Source of the DNA: the human T2T-CHM13v2.0 reference genome, Homo sapiens
Length of the DNA stretch: 64,000 nucleotides
Assembly: GCF_009914755.1 (NCBI RefSeq)
Contig: NC_060926.1
Direction: 5' to 3' (one strand)
Below the pieces are notes generated by a model, which searched no databases, had not been told where the DNA came from, and saw only the letters and a program-made list of their open reading frames with translations. The position numbers and the translations under genes are program-made. Below are positions 30,771 through 44,395 of this stretch, one piece after another. The first letter of the stretch is position 1; the number at the start of each line of letters is the position of its first letter.

Positions 30771-30778
30771 TGACGTCA
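30771..30778. promoter_or_regulatory. Full CRE palindrome TGACGTCA
   Basis: Exact consensus with intact CpG. Function unknown. Confidence 0.3.
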
Positions 30779-31824
30779 TGACACGGTGCAGCTGCAGTTA
30801 TGTATCTTTTCCTTTCTGCTTGACCCCCCAGCTTAAGTACCACTTTCTTGGCACCCACAATGGAGGGCGCTGCCAGTGGCACAGATGAGAGATTGATTTT
30901 GGACTGCCAGCTCTGATGGAAAGCTGAGGACTATTGCATGGCCTTCCCCGAGGCAGCCACTGGAAATGGTGTGGGGTGGCTCTTCTGAGAGGGTAGAATT
31001 TTGGATGCCTACCGAACCCTTCTCTAGCAAATGGAGACTGGTAGACATCCATCCTTCCTGAGTCAGTCAGAACTGTGACCCCTCTTCAGATGGAGTCCTA
31101 GGCCTCATTCCCTTCCAAGAGGATAGAGATGACATTGTCTTGGGAGTTAATGTAATAGGTAAGCTGGTGAGGTTGAGGGTTCAAGAAGATAGAGTGGTGC
31201 TGGATGGAGTAATGGCCCATGTCAAGCTATTATAGGAAACCACACATTTAACAAGGGAGAACTGATATATATATTTTTTAACACCCTTGGGAGAACCACC
31301 TCCTGGGAGGATACCAGGAACCCACCATAACCTTTATTATTGAAAATATCAGGAGGGATTCTGGGTGAGCTTTGGTCTTTCCTAGGTGGAGGATGCACAT
31401 GACCTAAGGAAGTGGCACCTTGTGCCCAGAGCTCTGGCACACTTCTGTAAACTAATTCACCCATGCCTACTTCTTCCCAAGACAGGTGAAAGGTAGGAAA
31501 GACCCACAGAGGGGAGACCGCAAGTTGAATGAAAGCCCAAGTTGATTTCCTTTTGTGATGCTGCCACCATCTATATCATTCGTGGCAGGTAAAGGCTGCC
31601 ATGCCTGGTCTCCACTTCAGTTGTTCTGATCTGACTCTGATAGCATGTCAGGGAGAGATGACCTCAGTGACCCAGTCAGCTCAGAAAGGCAGTTTTGCTG
31701 CTTTCCAGGAGGTAACTGAATAATCCAAGTCTGATAGGAGAATCTGGGCTGGATGGTTTTCCTTGTGAAATTTTGACTTAAGAGAAAAAAACAAGCAATT
31801 TACTAATTTTATGACCTTGTGAGA

Positions 31825-32060
31825 GGCAGTATAGCATAGTGGCGAAGGTCAGGGGCTTTGAATAGACTTGGTTCAAGTCCACAGCTTGTATCCCTTGCTT
31901 AACAGCTGTATAACCTAGACCAAATTGCTTAGCTTCTACAAGCCTCAGTTTCTTCATCAGTAAAATAGGGATAATACAAATCTGAGATGCTTTAAGAACT
32001 TGATAAGATAATATATACATAGCACATGGTGATCAATCAGTAAATGATAGCCAATAGTAA
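31825..32060 (+). mobile_element. MIR SINE, near full length
   Basis: gcagtatagcatagtgg...gcctcagtttcttcatcagtaaaatagggataata. Confidence 0.88.
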
Positions 32061-32364
32061 TCATTATTAATTACAACTAAGTTTTGGATAGGGAGGATAT
32101 TTGGTAGGTTTAATGAGATGGGCCTTTTGGCAAAGAAATTCATGATAATACTTGTTATTTAAAACAAATAAACAAAGGTATAACTAGGATAGATGCCCTT
32201 GACCTCCCCTATCCTGGTCATACCAGGCAATAACCTCTGACCCCTGGGCAGCAGACTAGGGCTGGCGACCTGGCTTACCCCACCCCAGGACCATGAAAGC
32301 ACAGTACCTTTTGTCTTGCTGGTGTCTAACAAAGAAGGTCCAAGATGGAAACTATAATATGTGC

Positions 32365-32515
32365 ACTCAAAGAATGTTTACTGATCTCCTGCTGTATGTC
32401 AGACACTTTTAGGAGCTGGGGACCCAGCAGTGAATAGGCAACATCCTTGACCCCATGGAATATACATAAACAATTTAATTAACAAGGTCATTTCCAATGG
32501 TGATGAGGGCTGAGA
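32365..32515 (-). mobile_element. L2 3' fragment
   Basis: tgtttactgatctcctgctgtatgtcagacactt...gctggggacccagcagtgaa. Confidence 0.6.
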
Positions 32516-33084
32516 CATCTTGTTTTCAGACTGATGTGTTGGAGTCTTTTCCTCCTGATAACGTTGAATGTCATTTCAAGGCCACCAGGGCTGATTCTAT
32601 TGTGCCTACCTGTGCACACACAAGACTTGTGGGCTAAGCTTCTGGCTGGTCAGACACCAAGGCCCCATGTCCTCTGAGAGACAGAGTTCACTGACTGTGG
32701 GAGAGCCTTGGAAAATTCTGTTTCCCTCCTCCTGGGATCATGTTAACAGCACTTATATCCCAAACGGCCCCTTTGCAAATAAAATCAGATGTTTCTGCCC
32801 GACTCAATACTTCCTTGTCTTTCACTGGGCAGGTCTCTGTGCCATTTGAGGGCTTAAAATTTTGTAGAGCCCTTGGGATTGGATGTTTATTAGTCAAACA
32901 GAAATATGTTCCCTCTTTTTTTCCTTCATGTAGAAATGTATCTCTGGAAACATATACCAACCACTGCCAAATGCCTGGGAGTCAGGAACAGCACTACCTG
33001 CCAAGTCTTTAAAGTTTAATTCACTGCCATCCAAAGTGCAAATTAGGGAGCTGGCTCTTCTGATGTTTGGATCTGTGACACAGG

Positions 33085-33245
33085 AAGCTGAGTGGAACCT
33101 GAATTAGAGGTCAGGGGGCCCCAAGTTCTCTGGAGGTTATTAGTCATGAACATTGGGCAAATTACCAAATATCTCTGGGGCTCAGTTTTCTCATCTGTGA
33201 AATGGGGCAATTCAAAAGTTGCTGTGGAAGGTAAAACAAGATAAA
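33085..33245 (+). mobile_element. MIR fragment
   Basis: ttgggcaaattacc...ctcagttttctcatctgtgaaatgggg core. Confidence 0.75.
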
Positions 33246-33587
33246 GGCTACCTTCAGTGCCTCAGGTGTGAAGCAAGCAGGCTATCAGCAGAGGAGGAGC
33301 CAGCTAGAGGGTGAGCTAGGGCTACAGGGACCAAGAGGTAGTGGCATTTGGATGTTAGAATCTTAGAGGACACAGTGACCTTCAGTTTGGGCAAGGTTAT
33401 GCCAGCATCTTTAGAGTTGTGGCTAGTGACTGAGGTGAGGCAATAGGAGGTTCTGAGTGAGGCCCTAGTTCTAGAGATGTGTGTGGGAGGCAAAGCAGGG
33501 TTATAGCCAGCAGGAGAGGGTTAAGGTAGAATGTACCAGGTCCCAGAGAGGGGGCTAGTGAATACTAGGTGAGGAGTGAGAGCGAGA

Positions 33588-34077
33588 ACATGTTAGACAA
33601 GGAGTCAGGGCTAGTGTATGCTAGGCAAGGAGTCAAGGCTAGAGCGTGCTAGACAAAGAGTCAGGGCTAGTACATGCTAGACGAAGAGTCTGAGCTACAG
33701 CATGCTAGACAAGGAGTCAGGGCTAGTGCATGCTAGACAAAGAGTCAGAGCTAGTACATGCAAGACAAGGAATCAGGGCTAGTACATGCTAGACAAAGAG
33801 TCAGAGCTAGTACCTGCTAGACAAGGAGTCAGGGCTAGTGCATGCTAGACAAGGGGTCAGGGCTACTGCATCCTAGACAAGGGGTCAGCGCTAGTGCATG
33901 CTACATAAGGAGTCAGGGCTAGTGCATGCTAGGCAAGGAGTCAGGGCTAGTGCATGCTAGATAAGGAGTCAGTGCTAAAGCATGCTAGGCAAGGAGCCAG
34001 GGCTAGTGCATGCTAGGCAAGGAGTCAGTGCTAGTGCATGCTAGGCAAGGAGTCAGGGTTAGTGTATGCTAAACAAG
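33588..34077. repeat. Minisatellite, 28-bp unit, about 17.5 copies
   Basis: Consensus gctagacaaggagtcagggctagtgcat, head-to-tail with no spacers. Confidence 0.97.
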
Positions 34078-34387
34078 GTGGGTTGGGGCCCACTTTTAGC
34101 CTCATCAAGGGTATACTCAGAAACCCAAGGCAGAGGATGAGTTTTTGGCCTGAAGGCCTTTGTTCAGTGTCAGAGGGAAGATTACAGGTTGCAGTTTGGG
34201 GCTGTACTAATTTAAGGCAGCAAGAACAATTCAGGAACCCACCTGTGCAGTGGGGGAAGGGGAGAAGAGGGTGGGGATTGGACCCTAATATACTGCCAGG
34301 TCTAGTTAAGGTCAGTTCAGGGCTTGCCATGTTCTGTCAACATGATTCCATATACTCTTCACATGACCTATGACATAGATATGGTCT

Positions 34388-34512
34388 TTATTTTACAGAT
34401 GAGAAAAATGAGCCCCAGGGAGATAACTTGCCCAACATCTCACAACTGGTAAGAGGTACAGCCAAAACGAAAACCCGGGTCTGTCCTATGCCAAAGACTA
34501 CCCTTTTAACTC
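34388..34512 (-). mobile_element. MIR fragment
   Basis: attttacagatgagaaaaatgagccc...taacttgcccaacatctcacaactggtaag. Confidence 0.8.
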
Positions 34513-34992
34513 CTGGAGACTGGGCTGTGATCTCTCCCTTCTTTGAGAAATATGTTCTTAAATTAACAATCTTGTTCACAGCAAAGTAATGGCACATGAA
34601 GGAAATCTAAGGCCTGTGTATCTAGCACTTAGACCAGGGCCCTTTCCTCTCACTGTTCCCTCAAGTACCATGGCCTTTGCAGCCCTCCTTGTCCCCAACC
34701 CAATTTGGCATTAAAACTTTTTTGGAAACACATATTCGTTCTATCTCTGGATGACTGAAAATAGAAATTAAAGCTGAAGAGACTTCTGTTCGAAACAAGG
34801 AAAACCTTGTCAGCAAGGAACAGAAAATTTTTTGAGTGAGAATGACATACAGGTGTGGAGTCGCTTTGCTTTGAGGTTTTTCTGAAGAAAATAGACTATA
34901 GCTGCTGTTTTTTGTTAGTTCAGGGTGACTAAAATCCATCAGTGACATCAACCAAGACCCAAACTAAGTTTTTATTCTTATAAATTCCACGT

Positions 34993-35296
34993 TGCTATGA
35001 TCTGAACGTTTGTGTCCTCCCCAAAATCCATATGTTGAAACCTAATCTCCATTGCAAGTATTAAGAGGTGGGGCTTTTAGGAGATGATGAGGTCATGAGG
35101 GCTCTGCTGTCATGAGTGTGATTAGGGTCTCTTGTTAAAGAGGCTTGAGGGAGCTTGATTTTCCCTTCCACCTAAATCTGCTGACTCCTTGATCTTGGAC
35201 TTCCCAGCCTCCAGAACCATGAGCAATAAATTTCTGTTGTTTATAAATTGCCCAGTCTAAGGTATTTTGTTATAGCAGCCTGAATAAACTAAGATA
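34993..35296 (+). mobile_element. MLT1A-type MaLR LTR, internally deleted
   Basis: tgctatgatctgaacgtttgtgtcc...gatcttggacttcccagcctccagaac...aaactaagata. Confidence 0.85.
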
Positions 35297-35800
35297 TTTT
35301 GTTAACTTATACTACTGAGAAGACTTGATGCATATTTTAGAGATATTATTTATCCATTTAGTCACTTGTGTGCAAAATCCATTTTATGTGTGCATGTAAC
35401 ACTGTCCTTTGCATTTTTGCTTTAATGGAAAGTTTATTACTCTGTTTCTGTTTCAAAATCTGCACACCCAGCCTGCAGGTCACTGTCTTGGGTGTGGACA
35501 AACTCATCTTCTAAATCTCCATTTAATCTCTAGAACCTTCTCATGTGCCCTGCCCAAGGCACCTGTGGATGTAGTAGGTTACCTGCAAAGAGAAAGACAT
35601 GTGTCTCTCAAAAGAATGTGGAGAACAAAATAAAGCAGTAATGGATTATAACACAAAGTATAAATATTTATGAGTTCATATATTTTTGTAAATAAATGAA
35701 TAAATAACAAAGTGGGCAAAGAGGCAAATCTCCAATGCAGAAGAATTTCAAATTATTTATATAGACACTGCACCCTCAAGGAGGTAGAACATAACTCTCC

Positions 35801-37246
35801 ACATTAGCTTCTTGTGGCTGCTATAACAAATTGCCACACTCGGCGATTTTTGACAAAGATCTATTTTCACAGTTATAGGGGCCAGAAATCTGCCATCAGT
35901 ATCACTGAACTAAAATCAAGGTGTCAGTGGGTCTGTGCTCTCTCTGGAGTCTCTGGGGTCTCCTTGCCTCCTCCAGTTTCTCCTGATTGCTGGCCGCATT
36001 TCTCCACTCTCTGCCTCTGGGATCACATTGCTTTTCCCTTCTTCTGGGTCAATCTCCCTCTGGCTTCCTCCTCTTCTTCAACTTTTAAGTTCTGGGGTAC
36101 ATGTGCAGGATGTACAGGTTTGTTACATAGGTAAATGTGTGCCATGGTGGTTTGCTGCACAGATCAACCTGTTACCTAGGTATTGAGCCCAGCATCCATT
36201 AGCTATTCTTCCTGATGCTCTCCCTTCCCCCTGCCCTCCCTGACAGGCCCCAGTGTGTGTTGTTCCCTGTCCCCACCATGTGTCCATGTGTTCTCATCAT
36301 TCAGCTCCTACTTTTAATAGGAAACATGTGGTGTTTGGTTTTCAGTTCTTGCGTTAGTTTGCTGAGGATAATGGCTTCCAGCTCCATTCATGTCCCTGCA
36401 AAGGACATGATCTCATTACTTTTTTATGGCTGTATAGTATTCCATGGTGTATATGTACCACATTTTCTTTATCCAGTCTATCATTGATGGACATTTGGGT
36501 TGGTTCCACGTCTTCGTTATTGCGAATAGTGCTATAATGAACATACGTGGACTTGTATCTTTATAACAGAATGATTTATATTCCTTTGGGCATATACCCA
36601 GTAATGGGATTGCTGGGTCAAACTGTGTTTGTTTCTAGATCTTTGAGGAATTGCCACACTATCTTCCACAATGGTGGAACTAATTTACATTCCCACTAAC
36701 AATGTAAAAGCATTCTTTTTCTCTGCAACCTCATTGGCATCTGTTGTTTCTTATTAATAATCACCATTATGACTGGTATAAAATGGTAGCTCATTGTGGT
36801 TTTGATTTGCATTTCTCTAGTGATCAGTGATGATTAGCTTTTTTTCATATGTTTGTTGGCCACATGAATGTCTTCTTTTGAGAAGTGTCTGTTCATATCC
36901 TTTGTCCACTTTTTAATGGGGTTGTTTTCTTATAAATTTGTTCAAGTTCCTTGCAGACTCTGGATATTAGATCTTTGTCAGATGGATAGATTGCAAACAT
37001 ATTCTCCCATTCTGTAAGTTGTTTGTTCACTCTGATGATAGTTTCTTTTCCTGTTCTGCCTCTCTCTTACAAGAACACTCGCAATTACAATTAGGGCCCA
37101 TTCTGATAATCCAGGATAATCTCTATATGGTGAAATCCTCAATTTAATCGCAACTATAAAATCACTTTTGACATATAAGGTGTCATTCACAGATTCTGGG
37201 GATTAGCATGTGGACATATTTAGGGCCTATTAGGCAGTCTACCACA
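35801..37246 (-). mobile_element. MLT1C/D-type LTR (35801-36069 and 37053-37246) split by an L1PA
   Basis: gctgctataacaaattgccac ... ttagggcccattctgataatccaggataatctc...tctaccaca. Confidence 0.8.
36070..37052 (-). mobile_element. Older L1PA 3' end (~1 kb, 5'-truncated)
   Basis: aagttctggggtacatgtgcaggatgtacaggtttgttacatagg 3' UTR followed by ORF2 C-terminal sequence. Confidence 0.93.
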
Positions 37247-37941
37247 CTCCTTGCTCCTTAAGTATGAGCTTTGCATAGTGACTTTTGTCCAAAGTGTACT
37301 GTATGAGAAGGTGGGCAGGTGGGGGAAGAGTAGCTTTATGGTGGAGGAACCTGACAAACACTCCTTGAGCAGGTGACCAAGGTCAACATCAACAGTGATA
37401 AGTCATGTTGATAGTGTGTACCTTTAACATGATGGGATGAGAATGGGATGTTACCTCTGGGGTCTTCCTCCCCAAACCACATAACTCCAGTCTAATCATA
37501 AGAAAAACATAAGACAAACCTCAATGGAGGTGCATTCTACAAAATACCTACAATTAATTAAACCTATTATGATAACTTTGAATGTTAAAGGGAAAAGGTC
37601 AAGATATTGATCCTCTTCCTCCCAGAAAGCTCCTTGTGCTTTTGGCAAATTTGCCTGCTTATTCCCCAATAACTTTTAAGTTCCTTTGATTAATGAGTGT
37701 TGGGGAGAGGCAGCCTAATTCTATCTGCTTATAGCATTGAGCCCAGGACTTTGCCAAGCAAAAAATTAATCAAACAAAAAGATACAATTTTTGTCCTTTG
37801 TCTTTCCAGAACCATGTGTGCTTTCTTGCTTTATATCAACATAACTGAAAGGGGCCACTCAAGTGATTCTTCCCCAAATGAAAGTCTGTTCAAAGATTTC
37901 TTAGTATTTCCATTTAAACAGGAAAGACTGATAACCTTTTA

Positions 37942-38852
<911 letters not shown>

Positions 38853-39454
38853 AATATACATTTATACAACCCTATTAACATTTTGGGGTATCTCCTAGCA
38901 GTGTTTTGGGAAATCTTTTCAAAGATGACAGCTTAAATTTTGATAAGCAAAGAATTATGGTAGGTATTTTCCTTACATTTCCTGTTTCTAAACCATTTCT
39001 CCTCATTCCTCCTTTGAATAGACAAAAATCAACCTTTTAATCAATGAACAACTAAAACCAACTTCTCTGAGGTTTGGGCTATCTTGCCATCCCATCTGTT
39101 TCCCCTCCTCATGGCTGAGATTTCCTTCCCTTACTAACAACTTTAGCACTGTCTTCCTCTCCATCTCTGCCTTTGTCATCATTGGCAACAAAATCTAATG
39201 GCATGATCCATCCAACACCCTGGCTTTGTTGTTCCTTAACCTTTGAACCTCCAAAAATCTCTTTCAATCCAGCTCAGCTTTCCACTCTCTTGGTTACACC
39301 ACAGATTGTGTTATCACAAGCAACTGCTCTCACCTTCTTTGAGAATGAGCTACTCTTTTTCTTGCTTCCTCACTTTAGAGCCCGTACTGTAGAACACCCT
39401 GGTCTCCTTGAGACTGCCCATCCATTGACCTTAGGCTCTCATGATTATTTATTA

Positions 39455-39575
39455 TTAATATTTATTTTAGAGACAGGGTCTCACTCTGTTGCCCAGGCTG
39501 CAGTACAGTGGCGTGAACATGGCTCCACTGCAAACTTGACCTTCTGGGCTCAAGTGATCCTCCCACCTCAGCCTC
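39455..39575 (-). mobile_element. Partial Alu (J-type right arm)
   Basis: gagacagggtctcactctgttgcccaggc...cctcccacctcagcctc. Confidence 0.85.
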
Positions 39576-39589
39576 TATCTACCAAGCAG

Positions 39590-39785
39590 TTTATGTGCTA
39601 GGGTCGGTGCTAAAGTCTTTATTTTACTATCTCATTTAATCCTCACTACACCCTCAAGAGGCAGGTACTGCTTTACCCATTTGACAGATGGGGAGTCTGG
39701 GGGTTAGAGAGGTTATATGACTTGATCAGGTTTTTCAGCTAGTGTTTTTTTTAGGGCTCAAATCCAGACCTTTCTGATGCCAGAG
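39590..39785 (-). mobile_element. MIR fragment
   Basis: tctcatttaatcctcac...cccatttgacagatggg. Confidence 0.75.
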
Positions 39786-40079
39786 CTCATGGGCATAACC
39801 AGAGAGCAACACTGAGCTTTGGCAATGTAATCATGGTCTGTAAGGGAAGCCCACTGAGCCGTTTCAAAAAAATCCATTTTGAAGAATAGCCAGGGGAACT
39901 TTTGGGAGGCTTAACAACAGGTGTTAAAAAGGAACACAAACAGAAACAGAAGAAAATCCCCCAATAGCATTCTTTCCCTTCCTGGTGTTCTCTCTCACTG
40001 GCTCTGGCTGGGGATGAGAGCAAAGCCAGCAGGGGACAGGAGAGGTTGGAACCTTGGGCAGCTGGGGAGGGACTTGGGT

Positions 40080-40720
40080 AGCTGTGGCAGGGACTCTCTG
40101 GCACCACCCTTTAAATTGATCTCTACGTCCTACTGAATGTATTTCTGAGATACTTCTTGTATCTGGCTCCTCTCTCTCCCCACTCCCATGGCAGTAGTTT
40201 GGGAGCTTGTTGCATCTTATCCTGAGCAATGGACAGAGTGTTGGACATGGGGGCTGTTCCTCTGTTCTCCAGAATCCAGCACATCCAGCCGGGGGTTCCT
40301 TCCTTCTGAACCTCGCTCACTCCTCTCCAGAAAAGCTCCCATGGTTTCCTCTGGTCCTGGCCAGACTGCTGTTCTCATGCTGCCTCCAGTTTTCATCTCC
40401 AGCCTCAACTCCTGCCCACCCGATAGCCCTCTGCCCCAGATCCAGTCAGATCCATGTCTACTTCTTCCAGCCACTGTATTTTTGCAAATGCTCTATCCTT
40501 GGCATGAAATGCCTTTCTTCCCCTGACAAGGAGAGTCATTTCCTCACTCAGTCTGCAGATGTCCCTTGGATGCAGCCCTTCAGCACTGCAGAAGAGTGGG
40601 CTAAGTTGGCTTCTCCTAGTCCATGAGCTTTTGGGGGCTCTTATTCACTATTGTACTCTGAAAATCTACAGGGCTTAGTAAGTAGGTGGTGCTCAGTAGG
40701 TATCTGTTGTGCGAGTGAAT
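40080..40720 (+). mobile_element. L2 fragments
   Basis: Pyrimidine-rich L2 body ending gtgctcagtaggtatctgttgtgcgagtgaat. Confidence 0.55.
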
Positions 40721-41202
40721 AAAGGAAAGAGGGTGCTATATGTGGCTCTTCTTCTCCAACTACATGCCAAGGAAGAGAGAGGTTTCTGGTGCCATTGAGA
40801 AAGATATGCAACTAAACTGTCCCTGGGTTGGACAATGACCAGGCTTTTGTTTGCCTCCTCTTAGGTGAAGGAAAATAAACTCATGAGTGGCAGCTAGGGT
40901 GAGACACTGTGTTTTCTCTGCTGAGAATTGGCAAGAGATACAAGAAGAACCCTGGTGGCAAGGACTCCCCAGCCTGGGAAACCTCAGGAACTCATCTGTA
41001 CACAGGTGAGGTCATTTGGCTGCACACCTGTACAAATGAAAGGTAGGGGTTAACCACAGCTTGCTTCTCCCATGTCTTCTTGCCCAGCTCCACCTTAGCG
41101 TGGTGCTGATGGGCTGTCCCCAAAACACTTGCCTGAGGGTGGGTGATGGTGTTTGCTTAGAAAAAGCTCCAGAAACCAGGCTTGACATTGGCAACAAGCA
41201 TC

Positions 41203-41598
41203 TAGCAGCGGTTCTCAAGCTTGACTGCACTTTGCCATCACCTGGGGGGCTTCTGAAAGAGACAGATGCCTGGGCCCATCCCCAGAGATTTTAATTGGTT
41301 TTGCCACATTGCGCAGGCTGGTCTTGAACTCCTGTGCTCAAGCAATTTGCCCTCCTCAGCCTCCCAAAATGTTGGGATTACAGGCATGAGCTACTGCACC
41401 CAACCCTATGGCTGCTTTCACACTTGAACAGCCGCATTAAATAGTTGTGACACAGATTGAATGGCCCATGAACCCTAACATATTTACAATTTGGCCCTCC
41501 ACAGAAAAAGTGTGCTGGGTGGAAACCAAGCATGGGATTTTTTCAAAGCTCCCTAGGTGATTCTAATGTGCACTCAGGTCTAAGGACCCCTGTGCTAA
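41203..41598. mobile_element. MER5B split by a 221-bp templated insertion
   Basis: cagcggttctcaagc...cccagagattttaattggt [insert] ctgggtgg...ggtgattctaatgtgca. Confidence 0.82.
41297..41517. repeat. Inverted local duplicate of 41751-41969 (MER58/Alu junction)
   Basis: Reverse complement matches 41751-41969. The 110-bp non-Alu part has 5 substitutions and one 2-bp indel by eye. Confidence 0.95.
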
Positions 41599-41743
41599 AT
41601 GGATGAGACAGCATCGGGGGTTCCTATCCCACTCAGTTGGGAAGAGGCTGGTCTGCAGATGGGCTGAGGGCTGGTATCTCTGGAGGCTCCAGGCACAGCC
41701 CTACTCAATGCCTGGGGACCCTGTCAGGGACTTTGTTCCAAGG

Positions 41744-42394
<651 letters not shown>

Positions 42395-42849
42395 GCTCTG
42401 AGAGATGAGTGGCAGCCATTCCTCACAGCTTGATAGATGGTAAATGCTTCCTCATCTGTTCCCCTCCCCAGACCCTCTCAGTTCTCCATTGACAATGGCC
42501 TACAAACCAGCTCTCACCCACAAGGAGTGCCAATCAAGATAGGAATGTTATTTATTTATCTGTCAACTTCATCCTGAGCAAAAGGTGCTCAAGTGCACGT
42601 GGGCAGGTGATTGATAGAAAATATAAGGCTTAGGTTTTTTTTTTTTTTTAAGCTCATGTATTTTCTCCAAGGAGCCGAGGACACTGTAGCAAGACCTGTA
42701 AACAAAACTATTCCTTTTGGCATCCTTAGGAAGTAGAAGGAGAAACTTTAACTACAGAGAGAGATTATTTGGTAGTAATGAGAGATCTTCTCTAACCAGG
42801 CTTAGAGTTTGGAGCAGACTGTTGGGTGATGCCCACATCCTGCTTCCTG

Positions 42850-43245
42850 CTGTCCACCTCTATCTTCAGAGGGGCCTGGGCCCCATGTCCAGTTCCATAG
42901 GGTGAATCATGAACTGTTTAAATCAAGGACTAGATACATAAGACATGGTCCCTTTCTCCTTCTGGATGTTGCCCTGTGTATGTGTTGATGTCTGCGTATT
43001 GATGCCTGGAATTGCAGCAGCCATGTTGGGAGTACGAGGGGAGCTGGTCTGGGCAGGACACACTGAGGATGGTTGAGTGGAAAGTGGAAGCAGCCTGGAT
43101 CCTTGCTGACATTGCTGAGCCACTGAGGAAGCCAACACTGGAGCCGTGTTCCTCTGGAGTTGTTATAGGAACTAAATTCCCCTATTGTTTAAAGTTATTT
43201 TAAATTGGGGTTTCTATTTCTTACAGCTGAAAATATTAAAATTCA
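42850..43245 (+). mobile_element. Old MLT1J/K-type LTR
   Basis: gatgcctggaattgcagcagccatgttg...ctggatccttgctgacattgctgagcc. Confidence 0.7.
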
Positions 43246-43699
43246 TATAGAGGTCAGGAAAGAGATGCCCTACACAGAATCCCGTATCGGGCACATCGTG
43301 GGTTCCTAGTTGATCGACTGAAGGAACAATTTTAAATACATGAATCCAATTGTAGTTTAGCAAAGAGACTTTTTATAAAGAAGTCCCTTTGTAAGAGGAC
43401 TGCCTTCTTCCAACATCTCTGGCAGGGTAGCCATCTCCAGTTTATTTTACTTGAAATCTCAGTGACAAATAAGTGGGGAAACCCAGAGCCCCTTTCAGCT
43501 GAAGAGCATATAGCCCACTAATTGAACCTATCCCACCCGGGTTGGTAACCAAGTCTTTACTAGTGAATCCAGCATCTCCTGATAATCCCATAACTCTGAT
43601 AGAAGGACCAATCAAATCAACACACATGATTCAATCGTATATTTGCAAAGTCACCCTTGTAACAGTGGGCTCTAGTTATAGTTTGAGATGCAAAGACTA

Positions 43700-43915
43700 T
43701 CCCTCCCTTCTATTCTGGTTATTTTGGCACTTAACAAATTACTCCAAAACCGAGTGGTGTTAAACAACCATTTATTGTGCTCGCAGATTCTGCGGGCCAG
43801 AAGTTTAGACAGGACACAGTGGGGCAGGCTCATCTCTATAGAGCAGCTTGAGATCTGGGGCTAGAATAATTTGAAACATTACTCACTCACAGGTCTGGTG
43901 GTCCATACTGGTAAG
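43700..43915 (-). mobile_element. MLT1 LTR fragment
   Basis: aacaaattactccaaaaccgagtggtgttaaacaaccatttattgtgctc. Confidence 0.65.
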
Positions 43916-43934
43916 AGTCAAAGACCTGAGGGCC

Positions 43935-44395
43935 CTCTAGCCTCTTTCTGTCTCTAATCCAACCCCACCAGTCTCTCTGACCTCATCTCTTTCTTCTCTG
44001 CACTCTAACCAACTGGCCTTCTTATTCTCTTCAAATCCAAGTATGTTCCTGCCTCAGAATCTATGCATGGGCTGTTTGTTTCTGTCTAGAATGTACTTCC
44101 CCCATATTGTCTCATGTCTCCTCCCTTACCTTATTTGGGTCTTAAGAGTTAACAATCAGTGAGACCTTCCCTGACCATCCTATCTAAAAAGCCATCCATT
44201 CCTATGGCTAACTTTTTATCCTGCTTTATTTTTTCCTCATAGCACTTATATTTATTGTTTATTGACTGCTTCCTCTACTGGAATATAAGCTCATGAGAGC
44301 AGAAACCCTTCCTAACTTTTTCAACATTATATTTCCAGTGCTAAAACAGTAACTTTACATGGTAGGTACTCAATAAACACATTTGAATGAAAACT
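43935..44395 (+). mobile_element. L2 3' portion
   Basis: cagtgagaccttccctgaccatcctatctaaaa...gtaggtactcaataaacacatttgaatga. Confidence 0.85.

Larger units (their letters stand above)
35590..37550 (+). mobile_element. L1MC/L1MD 3' UTR (35590-35800 and 37247-37550) hosting an MLT1 LTR
   Basis: atggattataacacaaagtataaa...aactctccac resumes as gctccttaagtatgagctttgcatagtgact. Confidence 0.7.

Noticed and set aside
33588-34077. 28-bp partly palindromic repeats resembling a CRISPR array
   Set aside because: Units are directly adjacent with no unique spacers, there are no cas genes, and the context is primate DNA.
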